Source: Candidatus Poribacteria bacterium
GTDB lineage: Bacteria > Poribacteria > WGA-4E > WGA-3G
Assembly (NCBI GenBank): GCA_963665235.2
Contig: CAXXLX010000001.1
Coordinates: 2,496,001 to 2,560,000, forward strand
Reading direction: 5' to 3'
Length of the DNA: 64,000 bases
Shown here in pieces: positions 22,324 to 31,516 of the stretch (position 1 is its first letter; every line of letters begins with the position of its first letter). The notes beneath the pieces were generated by a model. That model had not been told where the DNA came from, ran no database searches, and worked only from the letters and a program-made list of their open reading frames with translations. The position numbers and the translations under genes were made by a program.

Positions 22324-23058
22324 TTAGTTATTCGGCTCGTTTTCTGTATCTTGCTGCTCGGTATTTGGAGAGGGTTCGGGTTCTTCAGCAGGGCCCTTGG
22401 AAACGACAACTTGCGCTGCTCGGATTAACCGTTCGTGCAAGAGATAGCCGCCCCGGAATTCTTCAACGACATCACCTTCCGGAACATCTGTCGATTCTGT
22501 GGCGAACACCGCCTCATGCTGATTCGGGTCAAACGTTTTACCTACCGCTTCAATGGACGTTAGTCCGTGGGTTTTGAGAATATCCAAAAGTTGTTTATTG
22601 ACCAGTTGTACGCCTTCGCTGAAGGTTGAAAAATCTGAAGCAGTCCTGTCCGAATCAGTTTGCCCATCAGCACTTTTAATTGCTGCCTCAAGGCTATCTA
22701 GCACAGGAATTAGGTTTTCAATTAAGTTTTCATTTGCGTATTTAAGTCGCTTTTGTGCTTCGCTTTCCACACGTTTTTTTGTGTTTTCAGCGTCGGCGGC
22801 GGTCCGTAACAGAAGTTCGCGTTCCGCTTCATATTGCTCCCGTTCAGCTTGTGCGACGGCTTCTATTTTTTCTGCAAATTCCGCCTTGAGTGCTTCAAGT
22901 TCCGCCTCAAGGGTTTCTACTGTCCGTTCCGCTTGTGCGTCGTCGGTACCTGTAGGTTCATCAATCGTGTTTTCGCTGTCATTTGTTTCGGGTTCGGGAG
23001 TCTCTTCCGTTTCTGTTTCTGTTTCTATTTCTATCGGTGTCTCTTTAACTTCATCCAT
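22324..23058 (-). CDS. grpE: Nucleotide exchange factor GrpE
   Basis: LRTAADAEN, FDPNQHEAV, GYLLHERLIRAAQVVVS. Confidence 0.95.
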   Translation of the reverse strand: MDEVKETPIEIETETETEETPEPETNDSENTIDEPTGTDDAQAERTVETLEAELEALKAEFAEKIEAVAQAEREQYEAERELLLRTAADAENTKKRVESEAQKRLKYANENLIENLIPVLDSLEAAIKSADGQTDSDRTASDFSTFSEGVQLVNKQLLDILKTHGLTSIEAVGKTFDPNQHEAVFATESTDVPEGDVVEEFRGGYLLHERLIRAAQVVVSKGPAEEPEPSPNTEQQDTENEPNN

Positions 23059-23096
23059 TTATAAATCACCTTTATCCTTTCGGTGTCCAGGGGCAT

Positions 23097-23861
23097 TTAC
23101 AAAACTGACCGTTTTTGGGTGTGAACAGCGTCAGCAAATTGCTTCATAAGTTCGAGGGAGCCGCGTTTTTCAAGCACGTTCCCTGTGACGATGAAGTCTG
23201 CGCCTGCGTTTACCTTTTGTGCTGCGATTTCGGGGGTCCGAATGCCGCCTCCAACAATCAGTGGTATACTAATTTGTGCTTTCACTGTGGAAATCAGTGC
23301 ATCCGGGATGGGCAGCTCCGCGCCGCTTCCTGCTTCCAGATAGACCAATTGCATGCCGAGGTATTCAGCGGCAAGGGCATGCATACTGGCAATATCCGGC
23401 TTATCGCGTGGGATAGGCGTTGTCCCGCTCATAAATTCCACCGATGTTCGGTTACCGCCTTCAATCAGCATATACCCTGTTGGAATAGGTTCAAGGGCAT
23501 AACGTTGTATCCACGGGGCAGCTTTCACCTGCTCGCCGATAAGATAGTTGGCGTTTCTGCCACTGATGAGGCTCATATAGAGTACTGCATCGGCATGTGG
23601 CGTGAGATGCATTGAATCACCGGGGAAGAGCACGAGAGGTAAGGATGTTTCTTGCTTCAATGTTTCCGCAATCGGGTGCAAATCGTTCGTCAAAAAGCTG
23701 CCCCCGAGCAAAATTGCATCTGCGCCAGCCCGCTCAATTTCGCGCGCGAGTTTTCCGCACTTCTCAACCTCACACTGCTCCGGGTCAATTAAGACGAAAT
23801 AGCCTGCACACTGTTTATCTAATATCTCATGGAAGTAATTAAAAACCCAATTTGATGTCAA
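23097..23861 (-). CDS. Geranylgeranylglyceryl phosphate synthase family (group II-like)
   Basis: LIDP, GADAILLGGS, LFPG, LISGRN, YLEAGSGA, VGGGIR. Confidence 0.9.
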   Translation of the reverse strand: MTSNWVFNYFHEILDKQCAGYFVLIDPEQCEVEKCGKLAREIERAGADAILLGGSFLTNDLHPIAETLKQETSLPLVLFPGDSMHLTPHADAVLYMSLISGRNANYLIGEQVKAAPWIQRYALEPIPTGYMLIEGGNRTSVEFMSGTTPIPRDKPDIASMHALAAEYLGMQLVYLEAGSGAELPIPDALISTVKAQISIPLIVGGGIRTPEIAAQKVNAGADFIVTGNVLEKRGSLELMKQFADAVHTQKRSVL

Positions 23862-23899
23862 CCGTAAACGTCCCTATATTGGTTTATGAAAATTTTAAC

Positions 23900-23928
23900 A
23901 ATTTTAACATATTTTTGACGGTTTGTCA
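23900..23928 (-). promoter_or_regulatory. Sigma70 promoter for the GGGPS-grpE-dnaJ-prmA run
   Basis: Minus strand TTGACA-N17-TAAAAT. Confidence 0.6.
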
Positions 23929-23974
23929 AATTGATTTTTTTCTATGGGGTGTGTAAAGTTCTTGTACTTATGTT

Positions 23975-24580
23975 AACGTGAGCTTGATAATAAATATCCG
24001 TTTGCTCTAAACCTTTTTCATCGCGAAAAAAGCGGTATACTTGTAGCATAAACTTCCTAGTTTGTGCTGTTTTTTGCTAAAACTACCACAGAACGCTCTA
24101 GGTCAAAACTTTTTTCAAACTTGCATTATGTTACATCTTTTTTGTCTGAATGCACGTCGCATTTGGGCGAGTACGCCGCAAATCGCGGATTATCGCGGAG
24201 GACACGGATTTCGCGGATTTTAAGCTGTGTATGCCTCGAGGTTTTGTGATTAAGAGGGGGTGTTTTTTCAGTAGTGACGGACAGTTGGGTTGTCCGATGC
24301 CTTTCAATTCTTCTTTATCACGCGAGCTTGATAATAAATGCCCGTTCGCGCCAAACGCTTTTCATGGTAAAAAAAAGCGGTATACTTGTAGCATAAACTT
24401 CCTAGTTTGTGCCGTCTTCGCTTGTAGCATAAACTTCCTAGTTTGTGCTGTCTTCGCTTGTAGCATAAACTTCCTAGTTTGTGCCGTCTTCGCTTGTAGC
24501 ATAAACTTCCTAGTTTGTGCCGTCTTTTGATAAAACTACCGCAGAACACCGCAGGTGAAAACTTTTTTCAAACTCACGTC
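23975..24580. mobile_element. Two MITE-like family D copies carrying 1 and 4 GTAG-REP units (36-bp period)
   Basis: Ends ACG(T/C)GAGCTTGATAATAAA ... TTTTTCAAACTCACGT; the right end also occurs near 13590 and 46850. Confidence 0.65.
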
Positions 24581-24869
24581 TTTATACATAAAATTCTCTT
24601 TATACATAAAATTCTTCTAAAGTGAACGTGTTAGTCTACTGCCCGTGAAAATTTCTGAATGTATCACGAATTTTCATGGCTATAGATTCAATGGTTCCGA
24701 TATCAAGGGTCATTATATCAGTCTCTTCCAACTCAGTCCTGACGCTTTTTGACATCATGCCGTAGATGAAATTATGAGATGTGAACCAGTTATCTATTTC
24801 CATCTCAGGAATTTCGCGTTCAACTTCTACTACCCTCATCAAAATCTTCGGTGTGGAGACCCCGTTGCT

Positions 24870-25973
24870 TTAGCACGGGGAGGAAACACCGCTCCTATAT
24901 TGAAAGTTCAAGCGTGTGAGGACTTGAAAATCTGTGCGTTTCGCACCCGTTGTGAGGCGTTGACCTTCTAAGCTATAGATAGAAAACACCCCTTTTGCAT
25001 TAATACCCGTAATAGGATGTCCTCGGTGGGACCTCGGACGTGTGATCCCGTGTTTGCTGTGCTTTATCACCGTGTTTTTCACAAGTCCGTTGCCTAACAC
25101 AGTCCCGCCATATCTTGACCGTATTCCGCCCTTTGCTGGTTGTTCTCGGTGCAAGTTACGCCTTGCTACGGGTATCGGGGATATGCAAAACACGGCTGTA
25201 TTGTCGGGTTTGAGTGCCATCGCTTTCTTTGTGTCACCATTGACAACCGAATGTGCCATCACCCAACTATCAACGCAGTGTGCATAGAAGTCATCAGAGA
25301 GTTTGTCTTGGCTCTTCTCTAATCCTAATGCCTTCCTCCGCGCGGAAGTCCACCTGCCTTTATAGCAAAACACATTTCCAACGCCATAGCGTGCTATCAA
25401 CTCAGAGACAAACCAGCGTTTACCAACCTCCAACGGACTAAAAGCTGTGTTCCATCGCTTCTTACCCGGTTTTGTTCTTGCCTTGATGTCCTCCACACAG
25501 ATTTTTGTGACAGGATACAAGTCAGACAACCAATCCAGGATGCGGAGTTTCCAATCCCAACGGGCCCGGGTGCCTGCGGGGAGTTTCTGTCTGTTCGCAC
25601 CTTTGTTGGTGCGGTTCTTGCGGTTGGGACACTTCCGAGAACGTCCGAGGTCCCACCGAGGACATCCTCTCCCTCTGCGGAGTTCACGTCTTTTCTCAAC
25701 CTTCTTTCCAACTTTGTTATGTGCATCTGCCTGCACGTTCAGATACGTATGCGTCGCAGATTTGACGGTAAATCCCTCTTTCTTACTTCCAGGATCCACA
25801 CCGACAACAATGTCTTGTGTTTCTCTATCACTCGGTTCTTTGTTGAGACGGACACAATAGACACCGTTGTTCCAATAAGGTGTTGCTTCACCGCGTTTGA
25901 CAAGTTTCCTTGCACGTGCAGCATGCATCGGCATCAGCTGTTGTCCGTCGTTTGTTTTGACTGGCACAAACAT
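24870..25973 (-). CDS. isrB: IsrB-like RNA-guided nickase (RRXRR/PLMP, split RuvC, no HNH)
   Basis: QLMPMHAARARKL; RuvC-I VGVDPGSK; Arg-rich bridge helix; RuvC-II VEDI; RuvC-III HCVDS; 367 aa with no HNH motif. Confidence 0.85.
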   Translation of the reverse strand: MFVPVKTNDGQQLMPMHAARARKLVKRGEATPYWNNGVYCVRLNKEPSDRETQDIVVGVDPGSKKEGFTVKSATHTYLNVQADAHNKVGKKVEKRRELRRGRGCPRWDLGRSRKCPNRKNRTNKGANRQKLPAGTRARWDWKLRILDWLSDLYPVTKICVEDIKARTKPGKKRWNTAFSPLEVGKRWFVSELIARYGVGNVFCYKGRWTSARRKALGLEKSQDKLSDDFYAHCVDSWVMAHSVVNGDTKKAMALKPDNTAVFCISPIPVARRNLHREQPAKGGIRSRYGGTVLGNGLVKNTVIKHSKHGITRPRSHRGHPITGINAKGVFSIYSLEGQRLTTGAKRTDFQVLTRLNFQYRSGVSSPC

Positions 25974-25979
25974 AAGTTT

Positions 25980-26249
25980 GTTTTCTCCTTACGGAAGTAA
26001 AACGGATGTGAGAGAAAACGGATGACCGTAGGTCATTTGTTTTCCCTCTTTCCTTCCGTCGGGTATATATTGCCCCATCCAGATCAGGGGTTCGTAGTGG
26101 AATCAGACTTGGGGAGCATCCGAAACATACTTTAGGCTGCCACACCCAGAACCCCCGATATATTACTGTAGAAAGTAGTTTAACTTGTGGATTGACTGCT
26201 TGGCAGGCAGTTCGCACAAGCCCCCACGCTTTAGCGGGGGGTTACTGAC
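25980..26249 (-). ncRNA. Putative omega-RNA (HEARO-like) scaffold
   Basis: About 270 nt between the element end and isrB; contains the GTCA-led hairpin and GGATGCTCCCCAAGTCTG. 3' boundary approximate. Confidence 0.75.
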
Positions 26250-26596
26250 TCTAACCATGTATTCATCAAGTTTCATGGGTAGAGCCTGCATGAGTGTAAA
26301 GTGATAGCGTATGTATTTGATTTCGACTAATGACCAATCTATATCAAAACCTTTTGATTCTTCTTTCAAAACTTCTTCAAATTTTTCCTCAAACTTAACT
26401 TCCATGATTACCTCCCCTTATTCATTATTTTGCTGCTAACCCGCCTACTACGTGGACAGTTTTTACCGTGCAGCACTGGCATCCGTCGCCAGCAGTCGCG
26501 CTTAATTAACGCGATAATTTAATTTTACACTAGGAGTGTAACACATATTTTGCCACTTGTCAAGTGAAAATAGGTTCGCTCCACCCTTGCGCCGGG

Positions 26597-27677
26597 CTAA
26601 ACAGCGAGTGTTTGTATAGGGTGTTCAACGAGATGCGATAAAGAATATTCATCGGAACGCGGCTCATACTTACCATCGTAATCAGGAGCTGTCCAGGAAG
26701 TATGCCACTCCGTTGCACCATTTTGACCGACGTAAAGCGTGTTTCCAATAATTGCCCAGGCTGTTCCATCCGCTGCAAACTTAACGCTACTCGGGAGAAT
26801 CCGGCTGATAGAGGCTTTAGTGAGGTGCTTGTTTATTGGAGTCCACATCCTTCCGCCATCTTCTGAACGGCAGAGGTGTGCCTTCCCACCCCCTGGGACC
26901 ATTTTGCACCGCAGCAAGTAGGAGGTCAGGGTTTGTCGGATGCACGGCGATAGCAACGCCATAACGAAGCGGCAACCCTTCTACACGATGCTCCCACGAA
27001 TTTCCACGGTCAGTACTGATATAAACACCGCTGGCAGTGTTCGCATAAACGTTGTCATCCGCCGCAGGACACGTGGTAACCTGATGAACATCTTTATTTA
27101 GTTCCGGTGTGACAGGCTCCCACGAAACGCCTTCATCGGGGGAACGCATGATGCTTCCGACATGGACATCAGCGTAACAATAGCCATCTTGGGTTTTCGC
27201 AAGACTCCACACGGAGGGAGGACCACCCCACGGCGTGTACCACTCCTCCCGACAGGCTAATTCATCGAACGCAACGACCCGTTCTGCTGGACCCTCTCCC
27301 TCAGTGAAACGATAGAGATGTGCCCCCTGGTCGGTTCCGATGAGAAGTGTCAACGGCTCTTCGCGAATAAGCAGCAATGAGGCGATTGGTTCTTCTATGC
27401 CTGTTTCAATACGTTTATTATAATTTTCTTGATGAATTGTTATTGTTCCATTCCATAGCATGGCTGATACGGTTTCACTTGGGCCTTTTGCCAGAAGTAG
27501 GAGTTTTCCATCCAATAGCGGAACTACTACGGTTTGCTTTTCGGGTAGAACAGCCATTCCCCGGTGATTGCCTCTACCTCCCAGACACCGATGGTCTAGA
27601 ACAAAGTCAAGTTCGACAGGTTTACCACTCCCATCATCGTTAGCGGTATAGATACCGTTGTAAGTTGCAAAAAACAT
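26597..27677 (-). pseudogene. BNR/Asp-box beta-propeller protein with a +1 frameshift near 26890
   Basis: Asp-boxes RSPDEGVSW and ISTDRGNSW in one frame, RSEDGGRMW in the next; the shift is at AGGGGGT. Confidence 0.75.
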
Positions 27678-27879
27678 TATGTCCTCTCCTTTGTTGTGTA
27701 GTGGTTGAACGTTTTCGGACTGAATCGAATTTTTCAACCGTTTCTTGTTCCGTGTAGGTAGTCGTTGAAGAATCTCGGTCTACGTCATCCATGAGAAGAT
27801 AGGACTTACATCCCTCAAAATTGCCAGCAGGATAGAACAATTTTGCCATATTCTTGATGATTTGTCAAATTAATTTTTT

Positions 27880-28296
27880 CTATGGGGGTGTGTAAAGTTC
27901 TCCAAGTTTTGTGCCAATGGAGACAACACGGACAATTGCTGCATCCGTTGTCTCTTGCAAGATAGCTATCGCTTCTATTTTACTACCTACCGGAATATGG
28001 GTGCCAATGAGGCGATAGACCGGTGTGGGTTTTTTCGGTTTCCATCCGAGGGGTGCGAAAATGTTATTGTCAATAATCGTTTGAAAAAAGCGTTCCTCAT
28101 GGTCAATCGGTTTCGGTTTAAGGTGCGCATATGGTTTTTCGTTTCGTTTTACACCTATTTTGTGTTCAATTTTGGGAACTATATAGATTATTTCAGGTGT
28201 ATGTGTCTGAAATCTATGCAACATGGCGAGCACCAGAGCGAGACAGCAAAGCAGTATTATGCCAAGGAGGTAGATAGTTTTTAAAGCGCACCTCAT
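27880..28296 (-). pseudogene. Membrane-anchored hypothetical protein, apparently truncated by a family B repeat end
   Basis: TM helix, IIDNNIFAPLGW, YRLIGT; the last codons (ELYTPP) come from the GGGGTGTGTAAAGTT repeat. Confidence 0.5.
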
Positions 28297-28366
28297 TCTC
28301 TTCCCTTCCCTGGAGATGTTGCAAGGTATTTTGGGTTTTCTTCTATGTCCGGCGGATAGTGAATCT

Positions 28367-28660
28367 CTAGGCAACCGCATAAGGATAACCGTGCAGTGTC
28401 TCCTGTAGGTCCCTGCCAAGTGGTACCCAACGGTGCGTTTCAACTTTTGGGAGCGTTCCATCCTGCACAATAGTCTTGGCGTGTGAATAATAAAGATAGG
28501 CATCGTTGGAGGCAAACTGTCCGGTAGGAATATTGGAAAGACCTTGTAGACGGAACTTGCCTCCAACGCTTAGAATTAGAAGGAGAAATATGAACACACC
28601 AAAATGTTTGGCAACACGGTAAAATTTCTCAATTTTTTCGTTTTTGTCGTGTGAGGTCAT
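28367..28660 (-). pseudogene. N-terminal fragment resembling an STT3/AglB oligosaccharyltransferase
   Basis: TM helix then SNDAYLYY...HRWVPLGRD; only 97 aa. Confidence 0.45.
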
Positions 28661-28696
28661 TTTTACGATATAGGTTTCACTATTCGGTTTTATTTA

Positions 28697-29005
28697 TCAA
28701 AAACGCTCTGGTAGTGGCGTATGCATGTAAGGGTCACCTGCCCTGGAACGCCACAAATTGATGCTGTAAACAACGTCGTTTTTTAGCAGCATTTCCTCAT
28801 ACATGTCCCATGTTGCATCCGGGGGCACCCCTCGCCGTTCAAGATACGCCGACCTTTCTGCGACGCTCAGGGTATCCCAATACACCCGCGTAGAAAACAA
28901 CCAAATGTGTTGGTTAAGCAGGGCATGTTCGTAGTCCGAAAAATCAACGAAAGCCCCGCCTAATTCAAGCAGGCATGTGAGGTATGTATTCTGAGGATAA
29001 ACCAC
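28697..29005 (-). pseudogene. Fragment resembling the central part of the adjacent 538-aa protein
   Basis: YPQNTYLTCLLELGGAFVDFSDY...WDMYEE versus YSRAEWLQMLLDKGMHFENRDDY...FETYKN. Confidence 0.4.
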
Positions 29006-29028
29006 ATCCGCCTACGCCATCTCATGCT

Positions 29029-30645
29029 TCAATTTGTGCCCTTTTCAGGAGGGGTTGTCTGTGGGGGAGTTGGTGGTGCTGCTCGCTCTGATTTTTCCGG
29101 TTTTTCTGGCGGGGGCTGTAGGCGTTTCAACCCCAAGTAGCGTTCTAGCTGTGCAGCGAGTGCCGGACTATCTTGCCTTATCCTGCGGAATCCCTCCTCA
29201 AATCCGTGTTGATACAAGGTGCCCAATGCCTTCTCAAGCCGTTCTGGGGTGAGTTGTTCCACAGGGTGTTCCGGCAGGAATTGTTTCCGAAATTGTCTTT
29301 CAAGTGCCTTCTCAATTTCCGCATCGGACATCGTTGCGAACTCTTCAAGTTGGCGGAGCTCATCCTGAAATCGCTCAAATTCGGATTTTGCTGCTTTGTG
29401 CGCAGCGGCGCGGACCGCGTCCACATCAAATTCACTACGCCAAGATTCAGCACCATCACCGCGAAACTGCCCATCCGGAAATGCTGTCTTTTCTTCAACT
29501 ATTTCCAGCATTTTTTCAAACATTTCCAACTCTTCCAATTCTTCCGCTCGTTGTGCATCGGTCATGTGGGCCCGAAGAAAGGCATCCCGATCAAAAGTAG
29601 GCGGCATTTCTGAAAGGATATTGTAATCGTTATCAACATAAATGATATTTACCCCTTCCGGATGAATACCTTCTTCGATGAGGGCTGCCTCCTGTTCATC
29701 TGTAAGCCGCGCCTTCTTACCCATTCCCCAGAACCTTGTTGCCGGCCCATCTCTGTTCACGTAGAGCGTGTTAGGCCACATAACTAGATATTTATCCGGA
29801 CGGTCATCAAAGAACTGAACCCCGCCTGCTGTTGGGTCTTCTGTTGTCACCTGTTTATAAATTTGCTGCTGCCAAATCTGCCGGTCGATGTAGGCGTTTT
29901 TATACGTTTCAAAATTGTCGGTTGGTGTAATACCCCCATTTCCTGTAGACCACCACTCTGGCTTTGACTCTGCATTAATAACCCATCCCCGGATGTGTAG
30001 CAACACTGTGTAATCATCGCGGTTTTCAAAATGCATGCCTTTATCTAGGAGCATCTGGAGCCACTCGGCGCGCGAATAATAAGCATCATAGGCACTCGTT
30101 GCAGGATACAATTCCACGTATTTTGCATCAAACGCTTCCATAAGGCCTTCGACAGTCTGTGGACCTTCATACCGTTTAGGGGGCTTGAAAATCGGGGATG
30201 TTACCCCGGGCAATAGGTGCCAGGGCGGTTTTCCTCCAACTGTTGGTATTTCATCTGTCAAAGGCTTAAACAGCTCCGCTATATTTTTCACACCTTCCCG
30301 AATCTTCGGGCGCTCTGCCTTAATCTCTGCAGGTGTCTTTAAAACATCATGTAGGACCTGTACTCCCAGCCAAGCTTCGGTTCTAGCATCAATCCACTCT
30401 TCCCACGTCTCCACTGTTTGTGTCCGTGAAGCTTCAAGTGCAGCTTGTGATGCAAGTGGGTGTAAGCGCAAGCGCGCGGCCTCTGTTTCTCCTGCTAAGG
30501 ATGGGAAAACGCGTTTCACCAAAGCGATGCGGGAATCGGAACGGATGATGTGAAAAAGCACGCCCCCAAGCACAAGCAAGAGCGGGATTATAATGAAGAA
30601 ATGTTTCCGTGTCATCAGTCTTTCTCCTTCGATTATGATGGGCAA
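29029..30645 (-). CDS. Membrane-anchored hypothetical protein with a Pro-rich tail
   Basis: 538-aa ORF with an N-terminal TM helix. Confidence 0.8.
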   Translation of the reverse strand: MPIIIEGERLMTRKHFFIIIPLLLVLGGVLFHIIRSDSRIALVKRVFPSLAGETEAARLRLHPLASQAALEASRTQTVETWEEWIDARTEAWLGVQVLHDVLKTPAEIKAERPKIREGVKNIAELFKPLTDEIPTVGGKPPWHLLPGVTSPIFKPPKRYEGPQTVEGLMEAFDAKYVELYPATSAYDAYYSRAEWLQMLLDKGMHFENRDDYTVLLHIRGWVINAESKPEWWSTGNGGITPTDNFETYKNAYIDRQIWQQQIYKQVTTEDPTAGGVQFFDDRPDKYLVMWPNTLYVNRDGPATRFWGMGKKARLTDEQEAALIEEGIHPEGVNIIYVDNDYNILSEMPPTFDRDAFLRAHMTDAQRAEELEELEMFEKMLEIVEEKTAFPDGQFRGDGAESWRSEFDVDAVRAAAHKAAKSEFERFQDELRQLEEFATMSDAEIEKALERQFRKQFLPEHPVEQLTPERLEKALGTLYQHGFEEGFRRIRQDSPALAAQLERYLGLKRLQPPPEKPEKSERAAPPTPPQTTPPEKGTN

Positions 30646-30671
30646 GCAGCGTTGATAGCATCAACGCTGCT
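30645..30671. terminator. Perfect 12-bp hairpin
   Basis: AGCAGCGTTGAT-AGC-ATCAACGCTGCT; no U-tract. Confidence 0.4.
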
Positions 30672-31252
30672 CACTGATTTAATTATCGTACCCGTATTCG
30701 TATCCATCCACGGCTACCTTTAGTATACATGAAGTCAGGATTCCACGGCGGCACGTATTCTGCATATCCATCCGGATAGTCTTCCCTATTGCTTGTGTCA
30801 GAGACCTGCACGCCAGCAGCTATGGATTGTGTTCCAAACCAGAAATTCGTGCAAAACGAAGTTCGTGCGGGCGCGAAAATATCGCAGATTTCACATCCTG
30901 CGATAAGACCTTGTAAACAAGTAGAATAATTAACGAATATATAGGTGAGGGGGGGGGGTAGAAGTTAACTGAACGTAAATATGCAGACACATGCATCGTA
31001 CATGGGCACACGGTCGCTCACGTAACACGGGCGTGGGCGGTATCAATTTCTGGATTGCGGTCCCTACATGATGTCGGTTTTTCACTGTTAAATCCCCTAT
31101 TCTGTATCAGAAAATATGAGTGTGAAGTGTAATTTTCCGGTTTTGCTGCCAACTTTATACGGCTAACGTGGTCATTTATACCCTAAGTTCCGGTGAATGT
31201 CAAGTTTTTTCAAAAAATTTCCGAAATTTCCCAGCTTTATAGACCAATTCTG

Positions 31253-31351
31253 TTAGATTATACACACGAATCCAATTTTTGTCAAGCTTTTTTTTCAAAT
31301 TTCATTAGATTATACACACGAATCCAATTTTTGTCAAGCTTTTTTTTCAAA
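31253..31351 (-). promoter_or_regulatory. Tandem duplication (52-bp period) of a perfect sigma70 promoter
   Basis: Two copies of minus-strand TTGACA-N17-TATAAT; a third TTGACA-N17-TATAAA near 31175-31203. Confidence 0.7.
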
Positions 31352-31516
31352 AAATCAAATGCCGCGATATTCACCGCGTTTTGCAGAGACGACTGTCCCG
31401 CACCCAAAAATCAGCGCCTGATTTCCGGCAAGTTGAATCGGGAGAATTATCCAATCGGCGCGCATATTTGGCACAATTAAGCGACGCGCGCCGGATAGGT
31501 TAGTGGAGAAGTGAGA

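Larger units (their letters stand above)
24840..26249 (-). mobile_element. Non-autonomous IS200/IS605-family OMEGA element (omega-RNA + isrB, no tnpA)
   Basis: Minus-strand start GTCAGTAACCCCCCGCTAAAGCGTGGGGGCTTG and end TTCCTCCCCGTGCTAAAGCAACGGG: paired subterminal hairpins with the same CTAAAG core; no TIR or target duplication. Confidence 0.85.
24636..26405 (-). pseudogene. 119-aa hypothetical gene split by the IsrB element (5' part 26250-26405, 3' part 24636-24839)
   Basis: Removing 24840-26249 joins ...EYMVR to MRVVEVEREIPE... in frame; GGAGG RBS before 26405. Confidence 0.7.

Noticed and set aside
24870-25973. Cas9, IscB or TnpB assignment
   Set aside because: Too short for Cas9, no HNH motif as in IscB, and the N-terminal PLMP with split RuvC is unlike TnpB.
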